64,000 nt of DNA, taken from positions 28,990 to 92,989 of the IMG/VR virus record IMGVR_UViG_3300017917_004266; one strand, written 5' to 3'. The DNA is from a virus. The notes beneath the pieces were generated by a model. It ran no database searches. It worked only from the letters and a program-made list of their open reading frames with translations, and was not told where the DNA came from. A program made the position numbers and the translations under genes. This document shows, in pieces, positions 32,175 through 42,255 of this stretch (the stretch's first letter is position 1; every line of letters starts with the position of its first letter).

Positions 32175-32648
32175 TTAATCTAAAAATGGGTCTTTAATTG
32201 GTTTTATAAAATTATTTAATCCTCTTATTTTATAATGCCAATTTAAATATTCTACTGGAGATAAATGATACCATCCACTAGGATTCGTAAGATTATACAT
32301 TGAAAATTCAGAAAGATCTTGAAGAAATGCAACAATATGTGCTTCGACTTGTAATCTGTTAGCTACTTTCCTGATTCTTCTTGCTTGAGTATCTCTAATT
32401 TCAAACCTATGAATAATTGCATCAAAATAAGATGTTGGTGGCCTATACTGTCTATCAATCCTTGTTAATTCTAATACGGCAACAGGATCTTCTTCTCCAT
32501 TTTTGTATCCCCATTCAATTTGATCAATATCTGATGCGTACAATTTAGGTTGATCATAAATCCATTTTTTATAATCTCTTAGTCTATCTTCTCGATCTGT
32601 TCTTTGAATAGCTTTTGTACCATTTATTGTTAATTTTTTAATAAGCAT
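32175..32648 (-). CDS. Hypothetical, possible PD-(D/E)XK-fold protein
   Basis: SDIDQIE..VAVLELT..Q arrangement resembles a degenerate restriction-endonuclease fold. Confidence 0.35.
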   Translation of the reverse strand: MLIKKLTINGTKAIQRTDREDRLRDYKKWIYDQPKLYASDIDQIEWGYKNGEEDPVAVLELTRIDRQYRPPTSYFDAIIHRFEIRDTQARRIRKVANRLQVEAHIVAFLQDLSEFSMYNLTNPSGWYHLSPVEYLNWHYKIRGLNNFIKPIKDPFLD

Positions 32649-32649
32649 A

Positions 32650-33399
32650 TCATCCTCCTAGTGCTTCAAAACAAAATTGATTGCTCGTCATATGATTTAA
32701 TTCTGGTTTATTTAATGTTGTTCTATTATTTATGCATCTGAATGTCAAATAAGATTTAAAATCTTTTTTTGATTTATAATAAATACTTTTTGTATTAATT
32801 ATTTTTAAATTATTCGCTTCAGTATAATTTTTTATTTTATTTTTAATTATAAAGTCAAATGGTAAATGATTATGTTCTATGAACATTATTGGTTTTGTAA
32901 AATCAAAATTAGGTACACATATAAAATTTTTTAAAGTATTATTGAATATAAAAGAATCATAAAATGGAATAGCTAGAATTAGATCTTCTTCAGACCATAA
33001 ACTATTAAGATTTTTATAATCTATTCTTGGTTCGTAATAAAATCCCTTTTTTGCTGCTAATGAAAATATATTTATAAGTTTTTTATAACCATTATTTGTT
33101 TTAAAAAATATAATAATTTTTGATGTTTTTATTCTGGATTCTTCAGTTTTATCTTCAATATTATCATTAATTGATAATCTTAATCCGTATCGTAAATTTA
33201 TATTATGATTTTTACAATTTGTATATGCCTGTAAAAATGACGACATATTATCTTCTACTAAATACAGATTTTTAATATTATTTTTAATTGCAATATCAAT
33301 AATTGAATCTGGATCATCTTCTTTGACTTCTTCATCTTCTAAAGTCAAAATTGATCTACCTATGCTAAAATGAGATTTAAATAAAGGTATAGTTTCCAT
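32650..33399 (-). CDS. Stand-alone PHP domain of DNA polymerase III alpha
   Basis: PLFKSHFSIGRSILT, EDNMSSF, GYKKLINI, FYYEPRID: DnaE N-terminal pattern with degenerate metal ligands. Confidence 0.85.
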   Translation of the reverse strand: METIPLFKSHFSIGRSILTLEDEEVKEDDPDSIIDIAIKNNIKNLYLVEDNMSSFLQAYTNCKNHNINLRYGLRLSINDNIEDKTEESRIKTSKIIIFFKTNNGYKKLINIFSLAAKKGFYYEPRIDYKNLNSLWSEEDLILAIPFYDSFIFNNTLKNFICVPNFDFTKPIMFIEHNHLPFDFIIKNKIKNYTEANNLKIINTKSIYYKSKKDFKSYLTFRCINNRTTLNKPELNHMTSNQFCFEALGG

Positions 33400-33409
33400 T
33401 TATAAATAA

Positions 33410-33438
33410 ATATTAGTATAAATATATAAGTATGTCAA
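33410..33438 (-). promoter_or_regulatory. Sigma70-like promoter
   Basis: TTGACA-17-TAATAT before the PHP gene. Confidence 0.65.
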
Positions 33439-34388
33439 CCTAGAAAATCATCTGTAGAATCATTCTTTTTTAAAGTATTAAATTTTGGGCATCCATCATA
33501 ATTTCTTTTTTCAATTTTAAATCCTTTAATATCTTTAAATTTACCATCTAAACTCGTTTCTATAATTTCATTTTTTTCATTTAATTTTACATAATATTCA
33601 TATGCATCTCTATATGGACACCTCCAATTTCCTATTCCACACATCCATTTATTTTTATCATTATCTATTGCAAAATTAGATTTTGCTGAATTTTGATCAA
33701 ATTTATTAATATAGTCATTAATATGTTCAAGATAATATTCAAATCCTTTAATTTGTTCATCTGTAAATTCAAGTTCTTGTATTGGTTGTTTTGGAAATCT
33801 TAAAAATAAAAATCTTACAATAGGTTTAAGCTTAGGCCATAATTTTTTACTTGCAAGACTATACATCATGGCTTGAATATTAGCTTCTAAATCATCTCCT
33901 CTAAATTTAGCTTTGGAGCTTTTGTAGTCAATTATAACCATTTTATTTTTTGATTTAATAGGCTTATCAATAAAACCCTTAATATGATATTTAGGCTCGT
34001 CATTCTTAATCTCAAAAGCATATTCTGGAGATATGATTTTGCCATCTTTTTCTCCAAAAAAATCATGTTTTAATCCAACCATTATCATTTGGTCTAAAAT
34101 TTCAAAATTTGATTCATCTAAACCAACCCTTACTTTTAATTTTTTAACTAATCTTGTAATAGCTTTACTTCCTTTTATTGAATTTTTTTTAATAATTTTA
34201 TTATAATGAGATTTATGTTTTGAATTCAAAAGAAGTTCAAAAATAGTATGACAAATTGTGCCTCTTAATGCTCCATCGTTTTGCGTTTGAGGCACTTTTG
34301 TATGGTAATTATTCCAATAAACCCATGAACAAGTTTCAAGAGTTTTAATTCTAGATGCAGATAATATTTTTAAAGATTTTTTTTCCAT
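33435..34388 (-). CDS. PD-(D/E)XK exonuclease (RecB/AddB/Cas4-like)
   Basis: LSASRIKT..C, GTICH, KGFIDK, IIDYKS, QAMMY, C-terminal Cys cluster. Confidence 0.85.
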   Translation of the reverse strand: MEKKSLKILSASRIKTLETCSWVYWNNYHTKVPQTQNDGALRGTICHTIFELLLNSKHKSHYNKIIKKNSIKGSKAITRLVKKLKVRVGLDESNFEILDQMIMVGLKHDFFGEKDGKIISPEYAFEIKNDEPKYHIKGFIDKPIKSKNKMVIIDYKSSKAKFRGDDLEANIQAMMYSLASKKLWPKLKPIVRFLFLRFPKQPIQELEFTDEQIKGFEYYLEHINDYINKFDQNSAKSNFAIDNDKNKWMCGIGNWRCPYRDAYEYYVKLNEKNEIIETSLDGKFKDIKGFKIEKRNYDGCPKFNTLKKNDSTDDFLG

Positions 34389-35275
34389 TGTAAAATTTCT
34401 TCTGAATTCATTTCTCCAAAATCTTTTTTGCTTGGCAAACTAATACAAAGTTGTTTTGGATCAAAATATCTTAATAGTTTATTATAAGCTTTTTTTGCTG
34501 CATTATTTCCTGCATTATTATTATTTTCATCGTTATTAAATGATATATGAATTTTATTTGGATCTATTTTTAATAAAATATTTAATATTGATATACTAAT
34601 TTCTAATCCAAAAGTAACTATTGTATTTTTTATTCCATTTTGATATAAAGATAAACAATCTCCTATACTTTCAATTAAAAGAATTTCTTTGCTTTTTTTA
34701 ATATCTTCAATATTTAAAAATGTTGGATAACACCAAGAATTCTTATCCCCAAGATGCTTCCATTTAATTTTACTTTTATTGGTGATATCTCTTCCAGAAA
34801 AACCAACTATTTCATTTCTGCTATCAAATATTGGGAAAACATATCTTTCTTTCATCTTACCAGCAGAAGCTATTCCGCCTTGAAATAGTTCGATTGTTTC
34901 CTTCTGCACTCCTCTATTTATCCAATAATCATGTGTTTTAGATAATTTAAGCAAAAGATCTTTATCAAAAATTTTTTTATTTTCTATTTTTGGTTTTTCT
35001 ACTTTTGGTGTAAAATATTGAAAATTTTTATTTTTTAACCAAGTTTTTGCTTGGTCTTCTGTATCTAATTTTAAACTTAATCTGACTAATGAATTAAAAT
35101 CTCCACTTATATTTTCTTTAAAATCTACCCAAAAACCAGTATCTTTATAAATTCTTAATACAGTATCATTATCGCTATCTCTATAAATAGGTTTAGCTCT
35201 ATACTCTTTGCCAAAATCTTTTAGAGTATATCCAATACTAGTTAAAATTTCATGAATACTTATTCCTGTTTCCAT
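34370..35275 (-). CDS. dnaG: DNA primase (DnaG/TOPRIM)
   Basis: RYVFPI..IVGFSGR, LIESIGD, FNND..AG, KKDFGE. Confidence 0.88.
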   Translation of the reverse strand: METGISIHEILTSIGYTLKDFGKEYRAKPIYRDSDNDTVLRIYKDTGFWVDFKENISGDFNSLVRLSLKLDTEDQAKTWLKNKNFQYFTPKVEKPKIENKKIFDKDLLLKLSKTHDYWINRGVQKETIELFQGGIASAGKMKERYVFPIFDSRNEIVGFSGRDITNKSKIKWKHLGDKNSWCYPTFLNIEDIKKSKEILLIESIGDCLSLYQNGIKNTIVTFGLEISISILNILLKIDPNKIHISFNNDENNNNAGNNAAKKAYNKLLRYFDPKQLCISLPSKKDFGEMNSEEILQWKKNL

Positions 35276-35919
35276 TTTAATGCCTCACTAATTATTGGAA
35301 ATTTTTTAATAAATATTTTTTTACATTTATCTGCAATTATCCTGTGTTCTTTTTGAGTGTTTTGTTCCGTCCTTAATTCTAAATAATGAATCCAACTTCT
35401 TAAGGAGCCTTTCATATACATAGTAGTTTGAGTTGTTAATGGTAAAATCATTCTGGCTATTTCTTTTGCTACTCCATTTTCTATCATTGTTTCATAACAA
35501 TGTTGAGATAGTGATAGCGATTCAACTAAAAGTTCGGTAACTTTATCGTAAGCGTCTGTATTCATTGGCATTAGATGCTCACCAACTTGTCTATTTTTAT
35601 CTCCTTGTAAACGAAGTTCAATATCTTCGAATTCATTTGCCGTACTATATCTTTGGCTAAACTCTTGAAATGAAAATGAACGATGTCTTAAAATTTGAGC
35701 TGCTATTGCTCTGCTTGTTTTAATTTCTAAAGTCATATCAACCATTTCAAATGGTGACCAATGTTTATGTTTAATTAAAAATGCTAATAACTTTGGTGCA
35801 GTTTCGGTATTCATTTGATTTGATGGATTACTAACTCTAGCGCAATAGGCTATTAAGTCTTCTGGATTTTTAATGCCTTTAATTTCTGGTTGCGTAATTG
35901 ATATTAATTCAACATTCAT
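35260..35919 (-). CDS. thyX: FAD-dependent thymidylate synthase
   Basis: HWSPFE, QILRHRSFSFQEFSQRY, EIARMILP. Confidence 0.97.
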   Translation of the reverse strand: MNVELISITQPEIKGIKNPEDLIAYCARVSNPSNQMNTETAPKLLAFLIKHKHWSPFEMVDMTLEIKTSRAIAAQILRHRSFSFQEFSQRYSTANEFEDIELRLQGDKNRQVGEHLMPMNTDAYDKVTELLVESLSLSQHCYETMIENGVAKEIARMILPLTTQTTMYMKGSLRSWIHYLELRTEQNTQKEHRIIADKCKKIFIKKFPIISEALKWKQE

Positions 35920-37400
35920 AATAATTCTCCATCATTTTGATTTCTATCATTAAGTTCATATTGTTCTCTTTGTCTTTCCGCGACATCAGCCAAAGAACCA
36001 TGCTCTGTAATATTAAAATTTTCTACTCTATAATTTAAATAATTTTGAGCCCAAACTTCTTTTCCTGTTGAATCTAGCCTACGAACAATATCTTGATGGC
36101 CAGCTGAATCTTTTCCTTGGAACCTTGTTTTTGTTGGTATTAATTTATGCGTTCCAAATTCTTGTCCATCAAGAGAAAGTTCATCTAGTGTTTTTCTTCT
36201 AAAAATTGCTACAAATGAAGCAAACCATTGTAATCTATCAGATAATGATATAGCAGAAGCATCATCAACAATATCAGAACCTTTTCTATTAAATGATTCA
36301 CCACTTCTATTTAGTTGCATGGCTGTAATAATTGGTGCTTGGAGTTCCTCAGAAATTCTTTTTAGTTTATCAATTTTATCACCAATTGCTTGGTGCTCTG
36401 CCCAATTTTGGCCAACTTTTTCCCCAGTTAATTTAATGTAATCATAAGCAATAACAGCTTGATTGCCTCTTCCAACTTGAGATAAATGCCATCTTCTAAT
36501 AATTGAACAAATTTGGTCAATATTTTTAGAACCAACATGATAATGATCATATTGATAATTTTTAATAATAGACCAAGCATTTCTTACTTTTGTTACCATT
36601 TCTTGATTTTTTCTCCAATTTCCAGTTTCTAAATACCATACTGGCACACCAGTCAATGAAGATATCATTCTAAAACGAATATCAATTGCTTGCATTTCTG
36701 TATCTAATATTAAAGCTTTTGTTTTATTCTTTGGATTAATAGATGTTTTAAAACACATATCGTTAATCCAAGTTGATTTTCCTTGACCTGGCCTACTTAC
36801 AATTGCATAGATATTTCCATTTTTTAAACCTCCATATAAACGATTAAATTCTGGATATGGCGTTATTAGGCCTATTTCTTCTTTAGGGTTATTACCTATT
36901 TCTTCAATAATATCTTCTGCATCTTTAAAAAGATTAATTGGTATATCATTTGTAGAGTATGCTGAAATTTTTCCATTATACATCGCATCGGCATCCGCTA
37001 AAAGTTGATCTACTGTTAGTTCACTATTTTTTGTTATAAAATTTTTAATTTTATCTGCTGTTTCAATTATTTCTCTTCTTATTCTTAATTTTAGTAATTC
37101 TTGACAAGCTTCTAATGTGGCTTTTTCAGTAATTTGAGAAAAACTTAAGTTATCAATATAATCATATATATTGATATCATCTTTGAATGAAATACCTAAA
37201 TTTTTAATTTTTTCTGCAAGCAATACTTTGTCTACGTTCTCTCCTTTATGTCTCATATTTTTATATATAGCATATATAGTCGAATGGACATCGTTAAAGA
37301 AATCGTTTTCTGAGATAAAAACATCTACATCTGCGAATAAATTTTGGTATTTTAATAGCCCGCTCAGTACATGGCGTTCTATTTGAACAGAATATATCAT
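35916..37400 (-). CDS. dnaB: Replicative DnaB-like helicase
   Basis: SRPGQGKST Walker A, DTEM, DYIKL, QLNR, KTR; N-terminal ERHVLSGLL. Confidence 0.92.
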   Translation of the reverse strand: MIYSVQIERHVLSGLLKYQNLFADVDVFISENDFFNDVHSTIYAIYKNMRHKGENVDKVLLAEKIKNLGISFKDDINIYDYIDNLSFSQITEKATLEACQELLKLRIRREIIETADKIKNFITKNSELTVDQLLADADAMYNGKISAYSTNDIPINLFKDAEDIIEEIGNNPKEEIGLITPYPEFNRLYGGLKNGNIYAIVSRPGQGKSTWINDMCFKTSINPKNKTKALILDTEMQAIDIRFRMISSLTGVPVWYLETGNWRKNQEMVTKVRNAWSIIKNYQYDHYHVGSKNIDQICSIIRRWHLSQVGRGNQAVIAYDYIKLTGEKVGQNWAEHQAIGDKIDKLKRISEELQAPIITAMQLNRSGESFNRKGSDIVDDASAISLSDRLQWFASFVAIFRRKTLDELSLDGQEFGTHKLIPTKTRFQGKDSAGHQDIVRRLDSTGKEVWAQNYLNYRVENFNITEHGSLADVAERQREQYELNDRNQNDGELL

Positions 37401-37407
37401 CTTTTAT

Positions 37408-37436
37408 ATGATACCAAAGTAAAAATTAAAAGTCAA
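37408..37436 (-). promoter_or_regulatory. Sigma70-like promoter
   Basis: TTGACT-17-TATCAT; dnaB ATG 7 nt downstream. Confidence 0.75.
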
Positions 37437-37441
37437 GTGTT

Positions 37442-37720
37442 TTAATTTTCTTCTTGTGGCTCATCAAAATTATCATCATCTTCTTGATTTTTTCTTGCTA
37501 TTAAATCGGTCGTTGCTTCTAAATTAAGTTGATCAATACTTTGGCTCCATGTATTAACGTAATATAAAAGAGCCATGGCGTTTATTTGATTATCGAATTT
37601 AGTAAATACTTGAGGTTCTCCTTTACTTGAAAAATTAAACATGATATATCCTCCGAAACTGCATTCATCAATTTGTTTTAAAAGAGATTCTGGTACTTTA
37701 AATTTTTTCTTATTGGTCAC
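37442..37720 (-). CDS. Hypothetical protein
   Basis: 92 aa, GTG start 9 nt after AGTGTAA motif, acidic tail. Confidence 0.6.
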   Translation of the reverse strand: MTNKKKFKVPESLLKQIDECSFGGYIMFNFSSKGEPQVFTKFDNQINAMALLYYVNTWSQSIDQLNLEATTDLIARKNQEDDDNFDEPQEEN

Positions 37721-37729
37721 TATCCATTT

Positions 37730-37736
37730 TTACACT
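37730..37736 (-). promoter_or_regulatory. AGTGTAA motif
   Basis: 9 nt before GTG at 37720. Confidence 0.55.
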
Positions 37737-38155
37737 TAAATAATTAAAATTCCAAATTTTTCTTCTATATATTGTGGTGATAAAATTTTTAAATCAGATT
37801 CATACAATTCTAAGAATTTAAATTCATTTAATTCAAGCCACCTTTCCTTTTTTACATCTCTTTTTATACTATTCAAATATTTTAATCGAGAATCATCATG
37901 AAAAAATTTATTAAATGATTCGTGTTGATCTCCTTGTATTTCAACGGCTATTTTTTTTGTTGCATTTAATAAATCAACTTTAAGCATTGTTCCGTATACT
38001 GGAAATTCTTCATATACAATATGATTTTTCCAATATGTATAAAAAAATTGCTTGAATTTAAACTGTAATTTACTACGACTTTTACCCTCCCAATTTATTA
38101 AATTTTTTCTGACATTCTTATTAACGAGTTTACCGTTAATATTTAATAATCTCAT
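37736..38155 (-). CDS. Vsr/DUF559-like endonuclease
   Basis: VDLL..IAVEIQGDQH..RDVKKERW. Confidence 0.7.
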   Translation of the reverse strand: MRLLNINGKLVNKNVRKNLINWEGKSRSKLQFKFKQFFYTYWKNHIVYEEFPVYGTMLKVDLLNATKKIAVEIQGDQHESFNKFFHDDSRLKYLNSIKRDVKKERWLELNEFKFLELYESDLKILSPQYIEEKFGILII

Positions 38156-39294
38156 GATGCTAGAGTACTTATAAATTTATTATAAAAATATTCTGTAATT
38201 GTTTTATTTTCTTCAAGATATAGACGTAAATTATCAACGCCTTGATGTTGTTTTTTAAGCTCTATATTTGATTTTTTAAGTTCTTCTATTATTTCATCAG
38301 AGAATGTTACCCATGCACCTTTAGCTGTAGCAAATTCCCAAGAAAGAATTTGGTCTATTACTTCGTATTCTTTCCAAACCGATGAACCTTCTTTTCTGCC
38401 ATATTTAATTGGATATTGAACTTTAGAATTCGTAGATTCATTTGTTGATTTTTTAATTGCAATTTTTACATTATGACCAATAATTTTATTTTTAATTGCA
38501 TCATATTTTTCATTTGGTTTTTCAAGAATAAGATCTTTATTATAACGAGGCTCAAATTCAAGAATCCAATTAGCGAAATGTAATAACGCATTACCGCCAG
38601 TAGCGGTTGTTTGTCTTACTTCTTTGTTTGCTGCATATGGATCAAGTTTAATATCAGAACGTACTTGGCTAATAAAAATTGCCATATGACCGCGCTTAGA
38701 TAAGGCTAGGGATATTTTCTTCATAAGCATTGAAGAAATAACTGCTCCTCCTGCTACTTTAGTTGCTTCGCTCAAAGTCTTTTCTTTATCGCCTTTTGTA
38801 ATAAGTCCATCAACTGAATCAAGAATAAAAATATATCTTTTATTTTCATCATTTGCTTGAATTAAATCTTTCATTAATTCAGAAACTGTTTCAAAAATAT
38901 TACATTCAAAAACAAAACAAGTTCCATCAACCCAATCTTTAGGATCTGTTACAAAGTTAATTCCTGATCTATCTTTTATTTCTTTACTAAGACGGCCTTC
39001 GGCTTTAAAAAGTAAAGCTCTAGAATCTTTTACTGTTTTTAAGAAATTTTTTGCTATTTCAAGTGCTTCTGATGTTTTCCCTCCTTCGTTCATGCCAATA
39101 AATCTATGTAAACCTGGAGATAATCCGCCACTCGTAGCAATATCTAAATTAAGACTTCCAGTAGAAACTTTATAATAAATTTCATCTTCAAAATTATAAT
39201 GATCTTCTTTATTTTCTTTTAAAAATGATAATAATCTATCTGACGCAGATGGACCAGTAGATTGAACGACTTCTTCTTTAGGTTTTCTTCCCAT
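38152..39294 (-). CDS. recA: RecA/UvsX-like recombinase
   Basis: STGSLNLDIA..GG, GMNEGGKTS, LDSV, FISQVR, GGNALLHFA, KGAW. Confidence 0.93.
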   Translation of the reverse strand: MGRKPKEEVVQSTGPSASDRLLSFLKENKEDHYNFEDEIYYKVSTGSLNLDIATSGGLSPGLHRFIGMNEGGKTSEALEIAKNFLKTVKDSRALLFKAEGRLSKEIKDRSGINFVTDPKDWVDGTCFVFECNIFETVSELMKDLIQANDENKRYIFILDSVDGLITKGDKEKTLSEATKVAGGAVISSMLMKKISLALSKRGHMAIFISQVRSDIKLDPYAANKEVRQTTATGGNALLHFANWILEFEPRYNKDLILEKPNEKYDAIKNKIIGHNVKIAIKKSTNESTNSKVQYPIKYGRKEGSSVWKEYEVIDQILSWEFATAKGAWVTFSDEIIEELKKSNIELKKQHQGVDNLRLYLEENKTITEYFYNKFISTLAS

Positions 39295-39622
39295 ATCTAA
39301 TAAATTCTAGCAAACTTTTAGGTTTTTGGCAAACTTTTTTATCTTGTCCAAATTTATTTTGTTTTAATTCAATATTATTTTTATTTAATTTTAAATTAAA
39401 TAATTCGTATTCTTTTAAAAGAAAAGCTTTTCCTTCTGATTTTAAAAACCATGCTAATGAAGGAGGGGAACTTTTTAGCTCTTTTAATTTATCCCAAAAT
39501 TCAAATGAATTAAATTTCTTAATTAATCTTTTAGCTATTTTTATTTCTCTTGGCCAATTAATATTTTTTTTAATATATTTAACTACTATTAATTGACAAA
39601 GTTTATGGTTTGATTTTAACAT
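39278..39622 (-). CDS. Hypothetical protein
   Basis: 114 aa basic ORF overlapping recA start. Confidence 0.55.
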   Translation of the reverse strand: MLKSNHKLCQLIVVKYIKKNINWPREIKIAKRLIKKFNSFEFWDKLKELKSSPPSLAWFLKSEGKAFLLKEYELFNLKLNKNNIELKQNKFGQDKKVCQKPKSLLEFIRYGKKT

Positions 39623-39630
39623 TTAAAAAA

Positions 39631-40260
39631 TTAAAAATCTATTTTTAGCTTGATAGTATCTTCTTTCATATTAGCTACTTCGCCAGACGGAAATGAATCA
39701 AAAGCTATAGTATATCTTGTAGATTCATCATCATTAGGTTCACATCCATGAGATAATAATCCAGGAAACAATATTAATTTTCCAGCTTCTGGTCTAACAT
39801 AAAAATAATGATAGTTGTTATGTTTTAAAAAACACTTATCCCAAGATGGAGAGTCATATATATAATATGTTTCTCCACCTTTACCTTCTAGAGAAGTTGT
39901 TAGATAAAAAACTCCACTAATTATTGACATTGGATGTGAATGTACATGATGACGTTCATTTTTTTTACTTTTATTTGCCCATGAATGTATAACTTTATGT
40001 TCTCCTTTGTATCCAACATCTTTAGCTACCATAGCGAGGCACTCATTAAACCATTTATGTAGATCATTAAATTTTGGATTATATAATAAATTTAAATTTT
40101 CTTGCTTTTCTTCTTTTTGTTTTATATTAGGTATACTTATTTTATTGTGTGTATTTTGATAAAAATCTAATTTTAATACTTCTTCATAAGAACTTTTTAA
40201 AAGTTCATCTGAGGCTTTAAATTCATAAATAATGTCAATAAAAGCATTTAGCTTTTTCAT
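39631..40260 (-). CDS. 2OG-Fe(II) oxygenase family protein (TIGR02466-like)
   Basis: SWAN, HVHSHPMSIISGVFYL, GKLILFPGLLSH, RYTIAF. Confidence 0.85.
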   Translation of the reverse strand: MKKLNAFIDIIYEFKASDELLKSSYEEVLKLDFYQNTHNKISIPNIKQKEEKQENLNLLYNPKFNDLHKWFNECLAMVAKDVGYKGEHKVIHSWANKSKKNERHHVHSHPMSIISGVFYLTTSLEGKGGETYYIYDSPSWDKCFLKHNNYHYFYVRPEAGKLILFPGLLSHGCEPNDDESTRYTIAFDSFPSGEVANMKEDTIKLKIDF

Positions 40261-41420
40261 ATCGAAGATATGTCTGATATTACCATTTTTTCAATTAAAT
40301 TGTCAAATGAAATTTTTGGTTTCCAGCCGAGTTCTTGTCTTGCTTTACTCGAATCACCTAATAATAATTCTACTTCTGCTGGACGATAAAATTTTGGATT
40401 AACTTTCATTAAAAGTTTATATTCATCTTTATTATTTTTTAAATAATAACCTTCATCTTCTGGTCTGCCATCATTTACATAAATCCAATGACCTTCTATA
40501 CCAGCAATTTTAAATGCTTTTTCTACAAACTCTCTAATAGTATGAGTTTCGTTTGATGAAAAAACATATTCTTTTGGAGTCCCATTATAATTAGGATTAT
40601 ACTTGTCTTGATTAAGCATCATCCATACTCCTTCTATAAAATCTTCTGAGTCGCTCCAATCTCTTTTTGCATCTAAATTACCTAATTCTAATGGTTTAAA
40701 ATCTTCATTATTTTTCAATGCATGATATATTCTAGCTACATTTTTAGTTATTTTTCTTGTTACAAATTCTTCTCCTCGTCTTGTGCCTTCATGATTAAAT
40801 AACCATCCCTGAATTGCATAAAGATTATAAGAGTCTCTATATACTTTTATTAATTGTCTAGAAGCAGCTTTACTTGCTCCATATGGGCTTCTTGGTCTTA
40901 ATGGATGTTTTTCATCTTGCGGAGCATAAATAACATTTCCAAATTCTTCGCTAGAGCCAGCTTGATAAAGCCTACATGTTGGTTTATATAATCTAATAGC
41001 TTCTAGGATATCTAAAATAGCAGTAGAATTAGCTGCCCAAGTTTGTCTGGCAAAATCCCAACTACTAGCCACAAAACTTTGTGCTGCAAAATTAATAAAA
41101 TAATCTGGCTGTAATTTTTCAACAATTCTTGCAATTGCATGAGAATCTGTTAAATCAAAATTAATTAAATGAAATCTATCAGAATTAATATGATTAATAT
41201 TTTTATGATTATAGACACTAAGCCTTCTTACTCCACCAAATATAGTATAATCTGTATTATTTAATAAATAATCAACCATATGACTTCCATCTTGACCAGT
41301 TACTCCAGTAACAATAACTACTTTTTTATCTTTTATTAATTTAATTGCGTCTTCAATATTTAAAATATTGGCAGTATCTATTTTTTTACCATAATATGTT
41401 TCTTTTAAAGAATTACTCAT
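40257..41420 (-). CDS. gmd: GDP-mannose 4,6-dehydratase
   Basis: TGVTGQDG, AAQSFV, PRSPYGASK, FNHE, FVTRKIT, LGNLDAKRDW, RPAEVELLLGD. Confidence 0.95.
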   Translation of the reverse strand: MSNSLKETYYGKKIDTANILNIEDAIKLIKDKKVVIVTGVTGQDGSHMVDYLLNNTDYTIFGGVRRLSVYNHKNINHINSDRFHLINFDLTDSHAIARIVEKLQPDYFINFAAQSFVASSWDFARQTWAANSTAILDILEAIRLYKPTCRLYQAGSSEEFGNVIYAPQDEKHPLRPRSPYGASKAASRQLIKVYRDSYNLYAIQGWLFNHEGTRRGEEFVTRKITKNVARIYHALKNNEDFKPLELGNLDAKRDWSDSEDFIEGVWMMLNQDKYNPNYNGTPKEYVFSSNETHTIREFVEKAFKIAGIEGHWIYVNDGRPEDEGYYLKNNKDEYKLLMKVNPKFYRPAEVELLLGDSSKARQELGWKPKISFDNLIEKMVISDISSI

Positions 41421-41487
41421 TTAAAGATTTTAAATTTTTGAATTGTATATTTCCAATAAATATTTAATAAATTTTATTTTAAAAAAT

Positions 41488-42255
41488 CTACATGCATAAT
41501 TTATTATATACTTCTTTAATCCCATTCTCTAAGCCTATAACTTCTATAGGTAAATTACTTATTCCACAATAATCTTGTAATATAACATTTCTTTCTATAT
41601 TAATATGTACTTTATAATTAGCAAGATTATTAATGAAATTGGCTATATTTAAAAGAGTTTTTTTATTTTTATAAGAACAATCAACTTCCTTTTGTAAATT
41701 CTCATTACATATATAATAATTAATAAGATTCAAAAGATCTTTCATATAAAAAAAATCCATTAATTTATTAGCATGAATTAACATTGGTTGTTTATTTATA
41801 TATCTTAAAAGATTGGCTTTTATAAATCTTGTATCTAATTCATTTTCATCAAAAACAGCAAATATTCTTATGTTATAAAAATTATCTTCTTTTTTTATTA
41901 TCTCATTAATTATTCTTTTGCTTTCAGCGTATTGACTTTCGTGATCCCAAATTTCTGCGCCAGAACCAAAAGATATTAATTTACTAAATTTATTTTTATT
42001 TAATAAAAGATTATTAAACATTTTTAAATTACTATCTAAAACTGATGTATCTTCTGTTTTTAATCTAGAACCGCCTTTAATAGCCGTATGAATTACGATA
42101 TCAAACTTTTTATTTTCAAACCATTTATTTGTAGCATCAGTATCCTCTAAATCAAAATTTACTCTAGAGATATTTGTTATATTATGCAGTTTGGATAAAT
42201 TATTGTTGATTGATTTAGCTATATATCCATTACCACCAGTAACTAAAATTTTCAT
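41488..42255 (-). CDS. NAD-dependent sugar epimerase/reductase
   Basis: TGGNGYIA, FGSGAE, YAESK, DFFY. Confidence 0.8.
   Translation of the reverse strand: MKILVTGGNGYIAKSINNNLSKLHNITNISRVNFDLEDTDATNKWFENKKFDIVIHTAIKGGSRLKTEDTSVLDSNLKMFNNLLLNKNKFSKLISFGSGAEIWDHESQYAESKRIINEIIKKEDNFYNIRIFAVFDENELDTRFIKANLLRYINKQPMLIHANKLMDFFYMKDLLNLINYYICNENLQKEVDCSYKNKKTLLNIANFINNLANYKVHINIERNVILQDYCGISNLPIEVIGLENGIKEVYNKLCM

Noticed and set aside
28761-33399. Split intein joining the DnaE fragments
   Set aside because: No intein N-terminal (C/S) or C-terminal HN motifs at the fragment ends
33435-34388. Cas4 / CRISPR system
   Set aside because: No repeat-spacer array or other cas genes seen; replication context fits a recombination exonuclease
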